Positions 1 through 13,155 of a DNA stretch of 64,000 nucleotides are shown one piece after another. The notes below the pieces were generated by a model that saw only the letters and a list, made by a program, of their open reading frames with translations, made no database searches and was not told the DNA's origin. Origin of the DNA: Macrostomum lignano (lineage: Eukaryota); contig NIVC01002779.1 of assembly GCA_002269645.1 (NCBI GenBank), positions 1 to 64,000 on the forward strand, given 5' to 3'. The translations under genes were made by a program, and so were the position numbers. Every line of letters starts with the position of its first letter. Positions within the stretch are counted from its first letter, which is position 1.

Positions 1-859
1 AATTTGCAGGCCCGCAATAGATGGGCATAAATTCATAAATTCGTTTAATTTTAATAAATAGTTCAATATCGATATATCATCAGCTAGACTACTAAATTTC
101 ACATTTGACAAAAATGGAAGGTTTCTATAGTTACATCAGCATAAGTTGGATATCTGCAATGTAATTTTAATATGATTAATCTTATTTAATTAGAAACAAA
201 ACTGAGTTAATTTCAATTATTAAAAATTCCGAATGACGTTTTAGCTCGTAGTAAAAAAAAACTGTTTTACTATTTGATATTGGAAATCCGGTTTAAAATC
301 GTGAACGGGTTTTTAGGAAATGACCAGTTTTTTGAATTCCTGGTATCAGGTCGTTTGGCTGCTGCAGATAGACGATTTTGATGTGCAAGGCAGAACAATG
401 CGGTTGAAGAAGCGACATACATGTAACATAGCACAGAGGAAGCAAACACAGGTAACTCTGTACAGGCCATATTGAGTGCGGCAGAAGGAGAGCTAACCAA
501 GAATAGAAGCCTTCGACTGTAGACAAGATCATTGACGATGGTCAGTATTTGGCACCAACACTTCAGTGGAGCTGGAGATACACAAATTCCTCTCAGGAGT
601 ACAAAGCAGAAGGCGACGTTTACCTAAACATGTCGCACAGATTTTCAGATATTTACTGGCTAGCCTGTCAGAGAGAGTGTCCCAGGAAAGCCGCAGCTAA
701 TATAGTTTCAACTCCCAGCTGCTCTGAGCTGCCTGGCAAATCCATACACCAGCTAAAAGTCAATTGACACAACCATGACTGATAAAAATGCTGGATATTC
801 CTCTCTTCTTCTCTTCTCCAGAACTTACCGGGAGTTAAAAGTGGGTACTCCAATTATGC

Positions 860-1271
860 TACAGTCAGGGGCGTGGGCAGGGGGCCACGGACCCCCAATT
901 GGTAGGCTGGTAAAGCATATGGCGCCCCTTGCGTCAGCAGGCTTGTCCCCCCCTTGCCACCCATTTCTCGACAGCCACGATTCTCCACCTTCGTCATCCT
1001 GCTCTGATGCACACAGCCTCTCCACTCCTTCAGATTACCTGTCCATGACGTCCAGTCACCTTGTGGCCTGCCTCTGTCCATTCGTCCCTCAACACACCTT
1101 CAACCACAGTCTTCAGCACTCCATCAAACTCGCAACATACCGAATATTTTTTCCCTTCATCAGATCTACAAAGCCTTCCACCTCCTTTCCAAAGATTCTT
1201 GTCACTTCCTTTTTAATCCAGTCGTTAGTAGATCTTCTCCTTCCAGGAAATGTTTAGCATTCTTCTGTAGG
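860..1271 (-). mobile_element. Degenerate 3' end of an RTE-like non-LTR retrotransposon ORF
   Basis: Minus-strand translation gives YRRMLNISWKEK..., then ..EG..RMDRGRPQ.DW...NLKEW. These match the C-terminus of RTE-clade RT ORFs. Stops and frameshifts are present, and a MITE abuts it at 1272. Confidence 0.7.
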
Positions 1272-1661
1272 CATGGATGAATGAATAGAATGGATTGCTA
1301 TTCTGGCTCTGGCTATTTTCGTTTTTGACTCTTTTGCATCCGGTTCCCCCCCGTGCCTTTTCATTGGTTGATGATTGCCATAGACAATTTTCGGCCATCG
1401 CCCCTTTCTTTCGATGCACAAGCGCTTTCGCTCGTGTTTTGAAATAAAGGGGGAAGACCTACGAGCGCTCGATATTCTCTGCAAGTAACTGACATTCTCA
1501 GTTCTTTTCGCTTGTGCATCGAAAGAAAGGGGCGAAGGCCGAAAATTGTCTATGGCAATCATCAACCAATGAAAAGGCACGGGGGGGAACCGGATGCAAA
1601 AGAGTCAAAAACGAAAATAGCCAGAGCCAGAATAGCAATCCATTCTATTCATTCATCCGTG
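1272..1661. mobile_element. 390-bp MITE with about 153-bp terminal inverted repeats and 8-bp TSD (hAT-like)
   Basis: Arms 1272-1424 and 1509-1661 are near-perfect reverse complements. Direct repeat TCTGTAGG lies at 1264-1271 and 1662-1669. Confidence 0.9.
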
Positions 1662-1880
1662 TCTGTAGGTCAGTTAAAGTCTTTGCTATGCCTTTGCGCA
1701 GGTATAACGAATGGGGCATCTCGAGTGGACCCAGTTTATTAAGACCCGTGGATTGGGCCAGAGACACTGAGGCTCTGAATTCTTGCAATACCCCAAATTC
1801 TTCACGAGAAGCTCTCATGCTGCATTACAAGCAGAGGCGAGAGAATTCGATCAGTAACCTTGAGCTCAGTCAGTGCAGAC

Positions 1881-4800
1881 ATGTGGAGCCGCAGGACTGC
1901 ACAGGAATCTGAGATCAAAAAAGACCAAGGAGGCGGCGGTAAAAAGCAGGCGGCAGCAGCCAAGGCAACAACAGCCGCGCCCTACGGCAAGGCGAGCGCA
2001 GCTCTGCGCAAAATCCGCGTCCGCCGGCGCATCAACGCGGCCGCGGCAGCCGCCGCCAAGCCTGCTGCAACCGCGGCTGGGGCCGAACGCTGCGACGGCA
2101 TCCAGCGTCATCAGTTCACTCTCGTCGAGCAGCCGCGCTCGAGCCGATCGCCGAGGAAGTCGCGGCTTCAACGATGGGCACCAGATCGCTGAGCGGAGAC
2201 AGCAGCTCCCAGGTGACGGAAACAGATGTCCACGCGATGTGCAGCAGCCAGTCATCGGCCGAGCTGGCCGAGCTCAGCACCGCCGAGGCGTTTGCCGACC
2301 AAGTGCCGACTTCGTCTACCACGGTGATGTCGCGAAGCGCGCAGGCCACGGCCGGCTCCACCTCGGGCTCTTCCAGCCTGCCGAGGCTGCCCAGCGTGCA
2401 CCTGGAGCGCATCAGCGTGGCGCCGATGACTCCGTCAGGCGAGTCGGTCGCTTTCAGCTTGAACCCGAGCTCGGACAGGCCACTGCCAGTTGATCAGCCG
2501 CTGAGCAGCAGCCGCAGCTTTAGCCTCAGCATCGACAACAACTTCCTGATGGAGGACCCGGTGATTCGCGACTTCCTGGGCGACTGCAGCATCGACGGGG
2601 GCTTCAACAGCCGCAGCTGCGCGGCCTCGGTTAGCTTCGCCGTGCCGACGCATGACACCGACGAGCTTCCGACGGAGTCCGCCAGATATCGAGAGGATCT
2701 GAAAGACATCCAGCTCTGCACCGCCGAGGAGCGCGAGTGGCTGAGCGGCGGCAGCTTCGCCTCCAACAACGCCGCCTGGAACGGGAACAGCAGCGGCGGC
2801 CGTGGCGGCAGCTCGACAATCACGCCGTTGAAGTCGTCGGCTGACGCTGCATCCGCAAAAATCAGCAACGTGACCGCATCGCCGGTCAGCTCGGCGATTC
2901 GCCAGCAACTGTTGGCAAGGTCGTCGTCGACAACGGAGATTCAAGACTCGTCGTCGTCTTCTGCCGAGTCGGTGGCGGTGGAGCGATGGAGGGAGAGGCC
3001 GCGGTTTCAGTTCACCGCGAGGTAATTCCGTCTGCCGTCTCGGTCTGTCCCGAGCCCTATCATGTTAAACTGGAAACACACCAGGGTATTCATATAGTGA
3101 AGGAACTGGTGGATATGGTCAAACGACTATACCTCTCGATGCCTTCAATAAGCACCTTTGACACGGCCTACTTAAACTTTCTCCATTGACATCAAACCGG
3201 TGCCCCAAAGGAGGAATTACTGTTCAACTTCCTAAAGCTGCCTAGAGGTGCTTCGACCATAGACAGCTGAACTGTGCCACCGATATGCTGCGAGAATGGG
3301 CCTTACCGATTGAAACTCCGAAAGCTTTAATTTAGTACCGAGTTAGTTTTAGTCATTAGACAGAGATTAAGGAGAACGACAAACAAAACGGGAGGGAATT
3401 ATTGCAAAAAATGCGTTGTTTCATAGGGTGAAGTGAGGGTTTATGACAGCTGCGTCTGTTTAGATCTACCAAGGAGGCAGAGAATTCTAGAACTTTCTAG
3501 AATTTTAGGCTGTTCACGAGGTGGCCGCGTGGTTAAAAAAATACTTGATTTTTTCCGCCCTCTTCTCTGTCCCAGCAGGTTGAAACTCGTATTGATTGAC
3601 AAGACCGCAATTAAACTGACATTCCCAGGTATCCCTCTCTTTCGACTGAACCGACAGTCGCAAGCAGATCGAACTATTCTAGAAGCCAACAACAGCAGAG
3701 TGCGGAGAGCCGGCTCGACCGCGGCAGCTTTCAGCGGCAGCAGCAGCTGGGAGCCGACACACCTACCGACGTGGCGCTGATCCTGGAGGTGCAGCGGGGC
3801 GGCCGGCAGTCGAACAGCTTCACCTCGAACAGCAGCCTGAGCCAGCCGCAGACATCGACTCCAACATCACCGGGACGGTCTGACAGACAGCTTCAGGACT
3901 CGTCCGATTCGTCAAAAGTGGAGCTGGAGGTGGCGCCGGGCGCGTCGGGTCTCGGGCTAGACCAGTCGGCACAGTCAGCAACGTCGGCACAGTCGGCACT
4001 GTCGGCACAGTCGGCAACGTCGGCACAGTCGGACAGCTCTGCGACACCAATGTCTTTGGCGGCTAGGGAGGCAGCAGCGGCGGCAGCTGCAGCGGCGGCC
4101 CAGGCAGGCGGCGGAGATGCCAAAGATCGTCTTAAGGTGAGCTCGAGATTGATTTCTGACATGTATATGTAAATGTATGTGTAAATGTATGTGTAAATGT
4201 ATGTGTAAATGTATGTGTAAATTTATGAGTAAATGTATGTGTAAATGTATGTGTAAATGTATGTGTAAATGTATGTGTAAATGTATGTGTAAATGTATGT
4301 GTAAATGTATGTGTACGAAGTACATGCAATTCAAGCTGCACTTGCGCTAAATTTTAATGTTAAATTAAATGTTAAATAATCATGCACTTTTATAACTGGA
4401 AACTCTTTCCAAGTTATGTCGTAGAAAATTCAAGCCCGGACGAAAGCCTAACTCAGAATCAAAAACCGTCCCCAGAATCGGCAGTACGAAGAGCTCCAGC
4501 GGCCCCCAGGCTACTCGCAGCCGTCAGGCGGCATCGGCGCAAAGGCAGGCCCTGACGGCGCAAAAGCAGCAGAGGCAACCGCCAGCCAGGCTTTGCAAGA
4601 CAGCTACTTTCGAGACGGAGACCGGCTGCCCGCTGACCTCCCGCAGGCGTCTCGGCAGGCGTTGGACTGCGGCGGCGCCATGGCAGCGAATCTCGGCTGC
4701 GTCTGCGGCAGTCCAGTTGGCGGGCACCGGCTATCGTCGGACTGTTTGCGACAGCTGATGCGCCTGTGCACACCTGGCTGCGGCGGCAGTGGCTGCGGCG

Positions 4801-5012
4801 GTCGCGGCTGCAACAGTGGTGGCTGTGGAAGCGGTGGCTGTGGAGGCGGTGGCTGTAGCGGCGGCTGCGGCGGTAGGAGCTGCTGTAGCCAACATCATCA
4901 ACCGGCCTGCTGCTCCTCGTCGCACTGTCGACATCAGCCAGCACCGTCAGGATGTGGCTGCGGCCACGGGCGTGGTGGCTGCGGTACCAGCAGCTGCTGC
5001 TCCAGTTCTCGC

Positions 5013-5043
<31 letters not shown>

Positions 5044-5456
5044 CCAACAGCGGTTGCGGTGGCGGGGCTGTTGGCTTCAGAAACTGCTGCTCCTCATCGT
5101 CAGGCTACGGAAGCGGCTGCTGTCCCTGCTGCTGTCGCTGTCTTGGCTATCCGCAGTCGTGCTGTCTGCCGTATCAGTTCCAATATCAGCCGTGCGAAGT
5201 TTTGGGTCAGCAGCCTTCCAATCAGCCGCAGCAGCAGCAGCAGCAGCCGGACCAGCTGCAGTCCATCAACTGCTATTCCAAATTTGCACCGAGCTGGGCA
5301 GCCAACAGCGGCAGCGGCGGCAGCGGCTGGCTGTCCAGAAGCAAAGCTGCCGCTGCCGCCGCCGCCTCGGCCTTCTCATGGCGTCCGGAGCGAGGCGACA
5401 CGGCAACGGCGGCGGACATTGCGGCGGAAAAGCTGGTCAGGGTTGAGAAGCCATAG
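1881..5456 (+). CDS. Low-complexity Ser/Ala/Gln-rich protein with a Cys/Gly-rich C-terminal region; 3 exons (about 1881-3021, 3683-4136, 4457-5456); two apparent 1-bp frameshifts
   Basis: GC-rich, protein-like reading. Donor AG|GTAATT at 3022 joins in phase to acceptor TTCTAG|3683. Donor AAG|GTGAGC at 4137, acceptor CTAACTCAG|4457. A frame switch is needed near 2100-2140 and at the C4 run 4470-4473. No domain recognised. Confidence 0.55.
4147..4315. repeat. 12-bp tandem repeat (ATGTATGTGTAA)n, intronic
   Basis: About 14 near-identical units starting just after the donor at 4137. Confidence 0.95.
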
Positions 5457-5857
5457 CTGCACTCAATGTATGGACTGACTGCTCTGCAGCATGCGGTCAT
5501 GCAGATCAAATATGCGGTCGAGGATTCGGTGTCTAGTCCTACGAATACATAGAAGACTTTCATACACGTGTATTATATAGAGTAAATACACCATGCACTT
5601 TTAATTAAGGAACCAAGCGCTGTTCAGTGGCAACTGCTGCTGCGTAATCGTAATTAACTGAAAAAAGTGAGCGCGGATTCGCTTAAATATACACGCTGCA
5701 ACAGTCGCTTACAAGTAGTATATTGTCTCCTGATTAGATATTGCACAATATTTGTGCAGTCTATTTGAGGTGGCAAGCTTTGAAATACATGTAGGGCCAT
5801 TTACTTTATCATCTTTTGTCTACTGTCGAAATTAAATTTCATGGACTGCATTGAAAG

Positions 5858-6845
5858 GTTAGCAACCACCGGTTAGCAACTCTCGGTTAGCAACCACCGG
5901 TTAGCAACTCTTTGGTTAGCAACTCTTTGGTTAGCGACCACCGGTTAGCAACCACCGGTTAGCAACTCTCGGTTAGCAACCACCGGTTAGCAACTCTCGG
6001 TTAGCGACCACCGGTTAGCAACCACCGGTTAGCAACTCTTGGTTAGCAACCACCGGTTAGCAACTCTTGGTTAGCGACCACCGGTTAGCAACCACCGGTT
6101 AGCAACTCTTATTTAGCAACCACCGGTTAGCAACTCTTTGGTTAGCAACCACCGGTTAGCAACTCTCGGTTAGCGACCACCGGTTAGCAACCACCGGTTA
6201 GCAACTCTTATTTAGCAACCACCGGTTAGCAACTCTTTGGTTAGCAACCACCGGTTAGCAACTCTTTGGTTAGCAACCACCGGTTAGCAACTCTTGGTTA
6301 GCGACCACCGGTTAGCAACTCTTGGTTAGCGACCACCGGTTAGCAACTCTCGGTTAGCAACCACCGGTTAGCAACCACCGGTTAGCAACCACCGGTTAGC
6401 AACTCTCGGTTAGCAACCACCGGTCAGCAACTCTCGGTTAGCGACCACCGGTTAGCAACTCTTGGTTAGCGACCACCGGTTAGCAACTCTCGGTTAGCAA
6501 CCACCGGTTAGCAACCACCGGTTAGCAACCACCGGTTAGCAACCACCGGTTAGCAACCACCGGTTAGCAACCACCGGTTAGCAACTCTCGGTTAGCAACC
6601 ACCGGTCAGCAACTCTCGGTTAGCGACCACCGGTTAGCAACTCTTGGTTAGCGACCACCGGTTAGCAATCACAGGTTAGCAACCACCATTTAGCAATCAC
6701 AGGTTAGCAACCACCATTTAGCAATCACAGATTAGCAACCACCATTTAGCAACTCTTGGTTAGCAACCATCGGTTAGCCACCACCGGTTAACAACCACCG
6801 GTTAGAAACTCCCGGTTAGCAACGACCGGTCAAGGACCAGCGGTT
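5858..6845. repeat. 14/15-bp minisatellite with two alternating variants, GGTTAGCAACCACC and GGTTAGCAACTCTC/TTT
   Basis: Directly visible; degenerates at the 3' end. Confidence 0.95.
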
Positions 6846-7189
6846 AGCAAAAAACAAACTACCTGTTGAAAATCAATAGTAGAGATCAGCATGTACTAAA
6901 TAAAAACCTGTAAGACTACTGCGCAGCCATATAAAATAATTTATTTTAGGTGCAAAGAAAGCACAGTCGAACATGGGCGCGCGCGAAACATGGAAACTAC
7001 GAGTACTTTAGAACCAGTTGAAAAGACGCAATGCTAACAGCTGATGCTTGTGAACAGAAATCAACAAGCTAAAACCTTTAATAATTGCAAGATTTGCTAA
7101 TATAAAGTTTAAGCAAGGTTATCATTGGATTTCAGATTTGGTCACTGGATAATCTATGTCTTACTTTGACTTAAGGAGTTGGCCTCATA

Positions 7190-7820
7190 AGATCTAGAAT
7201 CCGGAAAGCTTCATCTGGGATAAGGGATTCTGGGGCTCGGAAAGCTTCATCTGGGATCAGGGATTCTGGTGCTCGGAAAGCTTCATCTGGGATCAGGGAT
7301 TCTGGGGTTCGGAAAGCTTCATCTGGGATCAGGGATTCTGAGGCTCGGAAAGCCTCATCTGGAATCAGGGATTCTGGGGTTCGAAAAGCTTCATCTGGGA
7401 TCAGGGATTCTGGGGGTTTGGAAAGCCTCATCTGGGATCAGGGATTCTGGGGTTTGGAAAGCCTCATCTGGGATCAGGGATTCTGGGGGTTTGGAAAGCC
7501 TCATCTGGGATCAAGGATTCTGGGGGTTTGGAAAGCTTCATCTGGGATCAAGGATTCTGGGGGTTTGGAAAGCTTCATCTGGGATCAAGGATTCTGGGGG
7601 TTTGGAAAGCCTCATCTGGGATCAAGGATTCTGGGGGTTTGGAAAGCTTCATCTGGGATCAGGGATTCTGGGGTTTGGAAAGCTTCATCTGGGATCAAGG
7701 ATTCTGGGGGTTTGGAAAGCTTCATCTGGGATCAAGGATTCCGGGGGTTTGGAAAGCTTCACCTGTGATCAGGGATTCTGGGGCTCGGAAAGCTTCATCT
7801 GGGTTGCGGGATTCTGGGCT
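7190..7820. repeat. 36/37-bp minisatellite (GGAAAGCTTCATCTGGGATCAGGGATTCTGGGGGTTT) just 3' of WARS2
   Basis: About 17 units; explains the repetitive ORFs at 7171-7914. Confidence 0.95.
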
Positions 7821-7891
7821 CCTGAAAAGCAGACGCAGACTAAAATGTGTGGCCAGCTCAGGCAGCCGGTGCAAATGCAAAGTCGAATGCG

Positions 7892-10251
<2,360 letters not shown>

Positions 10252-10304
10252 TCTCTGAAACAGGCATAATTTATGATAATTAGGCCGACCAGCAAAACTA
10301 GAGG

Positions 10305-10640
10305 GAATTGAGTAACTCAGAATTGAGTAGCAGCTCACTAGAGATCTGGGAAATGAGCAGCAGCTCACTAGAGATCTGAGAATGGAGTAGCAGCTCACTA
10401 GAGATCTGGGAAATGAGTAGCAGCTCACTAGAGATCTGGGAAATGAGTAGCAGCTCGCTAGAGATCTGAGAAATGAGTAGCAGCTCACTAGAGATCTGGA
10501 AAATGAGTAGCAGCTCACTAGAGATCTGGGAAATGAGTAGCAGCTCACTAGAGATCTGGGAAATGAGTAGCAGCTCACTAGAGATCTGGGAAATGAGTAG
10601 CAGCTCACTAGAGATCTGGGAAAAAAGTAGGCAGAGTAGC
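10305..10640. repeat. 30-bp minisatellite (GAGTAGCAGCTCACTAGAGATCTGGGAAAT) between the crotonase gene and WARS2
   Basis: About 11 units. Confidence 0.95.
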
Positions 10641-10988
10641 TCACAATAACCAAGACTTATAGGAAGCATCGAAATCTTAATAATTTTTACAAGAAATAGT
10701 GAGAAATTGTCACAAATACGCAATCAGGTGTATATATGCATTGTGAGAGATTCAATCTAGACTACTGAGAAAAGTAGATTAATAATGATTTCAAACGTAC
10801 AATTTCTCATGCGCACTAGAAGTACTGGGAACTGACGAAAACAAACAAGCCAAAGACCGGTCGAGGTTCGACTCCTCACTTTTAGTGTGTCAGATGCATG
10901 CGTGAACTGGTTTATTTACAGTTTAAAAACTATCAAAAATTTTCAGAAAAAAATTGGCACCATTTTGAATTTACATAACAACAGAAGG

Positions 10989-12479
10989 TCAGTTGCGATC
11001 TCTCTCCTGCACAGCCTGCTTGAAGCCGACCTCCTCGCAGCGCCGCTGAAACTGCACACCCTCGGGCGTGTGTCTGGACATGCCGTCGAGGAGGGTGGCC
11101 AGCCGCTGGGTGTTGGCCAGCCCGGCCGCCTCAACGACACTGTTCAACATCAGCTTCTGGAAGAACAGCTGGTTAACCGGCACGCCGGCCAGGCGGTCGG
11201 TGAACCGGCGCTCAGCCTCGTCGATTTGCTCGGTCGGCACGGACTCGCCAACCAGGCCGATTTGGGCGGCCCGGCGGCCGCTGATGACGTCACCAGTGAG
11301 CAGCAGCCGCTTGGCCTGCTCCAGGCCAAGCCTGTGAGCCCACATGGCGGTTGTTGGGCAGCCCCACAGCCTGGCTGGCGGGTAGCCGATCTTGGCGTCA
11401 TCCGTTGCTATGGTGACGTCGCACAGCAGAGCCATGTCGGAGCCGCCGCCAATGCAAGAGCCTTCGATTCTTTGATTGGATTGCGGAATCGAATGGGTTA
11501 AACAGCACCAGTCACGAGATGCTGCAGCATAATCACTGACGAATGCTCTATCAGTGACTCATAGAAGCCGCTATCAGTGACTCATACAAGCCTCTATCAG
11601 TGACTCATAGAAGCCGCTATGAGTGACTCATAGAAGCCTCTATCAGTGACTCATAGAAGCCGCTATGAGTGACTCATAGAAGCCTCTATCAGTGACTCAT
11701 AGAAGCCGCTATCAGTGACTCATAGAAGCCTCTATCAGTGACTCATAGAAGCCTCTATCAGTGACTCATAGAAGCCTCTATCAGTGACTCATAGAAGCCT
11801 CTATCAGTGACTCATAGAAGCCGCTATCAGTGACTCATAGAAGCCTCTATCAGTGACTCATAGAAGCCTCTATCAGTGACTCATAGAAGCCGCTATCAGT
11901 GACTCATAGAAGCCTCTATCAGTGACTCATACAAGCCTCTATCAGTGACACACAAAAGCTTCTATGAGTAACACAAAAGCCTCTAGTTCTACATACGAAT
12001 CATTTCTAGTTCTGGATAATTAAGGTACAAACTTTAGTACAATTTCAATAGTGATCAGCGCACCTGGCCAACACAGGTTTCAGGCTGCGCCACAGTGACA
12101 TGTAGTGCTGAGTAGCTCGCCGCATGAACTGATAATCCTCATAGGGATCCCACGGCATCAGTTGGCTTCCAGGCTGGCTGCCGCGGGGCGCCTCAGCGTA
12201 CAGCTTCAAATCATAGCCAGAGCAGAAATTCCCACCTGCTCCCTGCAGCACCAGCACCTTCACTGACGGGTTATCATTGGCCTCTGCCACCAGACTCTCT
12301 AGCAGGGACGGCATTGAGGCTTCTATTGCATTCATTGATGCAGGACGATTGAGAGTTATGCGACCTACATGACCTTCAATAGAGAGCTTCACTGGTTGCT
12401 GCTGTTGCTGTGAGCAGAGAAGGCGACATGGTGTGAAGGAAGTAGAACACCTAACAGCATAAGCCACTCTCTGCCACAT
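10989..12479 (-). CDS. Crotonase/enoyl-CoA hydratase superfamily protein, 298 aa, bacterial-like subfamily; exons 12479-12064 and 11469-10989
   Basis: Motifs ITLNRP, GAGGNFCSGYDL, WDP..DY, IEGSCIGGGSD and IGYPPARLWG..MWAHRLG..AKRLLLTGD, plus RHTPEG. Phase-2 intron (AG|GTGCGC ... AAG|A) restores the frame. N-terminus resembles a mitochondrial presequence. Confidence 0.93.
11548..11990. repeat. 23-bp minisatellite (TATCAGTGACTCATAGAAGCC[GT]C) filling the crotonase intron
   Basis: About 18 units. Confidence 0.95.
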
Positions 12480-12609
12480 TGTTTGGCTTAGTCTAAATAA
12501 GCATGAAAAGTAGGTGGCAAATGAAAATTCTATGACATTTATATGAATAATCTGATTTGGCATAATTTTGGCATGATTTTGGCATAATTTTGGTGTGACT
12601 GCAATGCCA

Positions 12610-13155
12610 AAATGAGTGCCTGTGGCATGAAATTAGTGCCTGTGGCACATATGTGCGCAACCTTGGGAATCACCCGGCCGTTTCTATTGGCAACACACAC
12701 ATGTAAGTCGCTATTGGCTGAGAGCAGTCACGTGACTACTTTTCTGTCCAATAGCGACATACATGTGTGTGTTGCCAATAGAAACGGCCGAGTGAATCCC
12801 AAGGTTGCGCCCAAGCATGCTGTGGCATGAAATAAGTGCCTGTGGCCCAAAATGAGTGCCTGTGGCATGAAATTAGTGCCTGTGGCATGAAATAAGTGCC
12901 TGTGGCCCAAAATGAGTACCTGTGGCATCAAAGTGCCTGTGGCATCAAATGAGTGCCTGTGGCATGAAATTAGTGCCTGTGGCATGAAATTAGTGCCTGT
13001 GGCATGAAATAAGTGCCTGTGGCCCAAAATGAGTGCCTGTGGCATGAAATAAGTGCCTGTGGCATCAAATGAGTGCCTGTGGCATCAAATGAGTGCCTGT
13101 GGCATCAAATGAGTGCCTGTGCTACCAAAATGAGTGCCTATAATGCCAAAATAAG
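12610..13155. repeat. About 20-bp minisatellite (GTGCCTGTGGCATGAAATTA), interrupted by a 156-bp palindrome
   Basis: Units on both sides of 12655-12810. Confidence 0.9.
12655..12810. other. 156-bp imperfect palindrome (foldback/MITE-like) carrying 4 CCAAT boxes and a central GTCACGTGAC
   Basis: Arms GCGCAACCTTGGGA...GTCGCTATTGG and CCAATAGCGAC...TCCCAAGGTTGCGC are reverse complements. Confidence 0.85.

Noticed and set aside
340-770. Exon-like segments (about 350-451 VVWLLQIDDFDVQGR..., ORF 549-767)
   Set aside because: Plausible splice signals but no recognisable homology and no consistent chain to the next gene.
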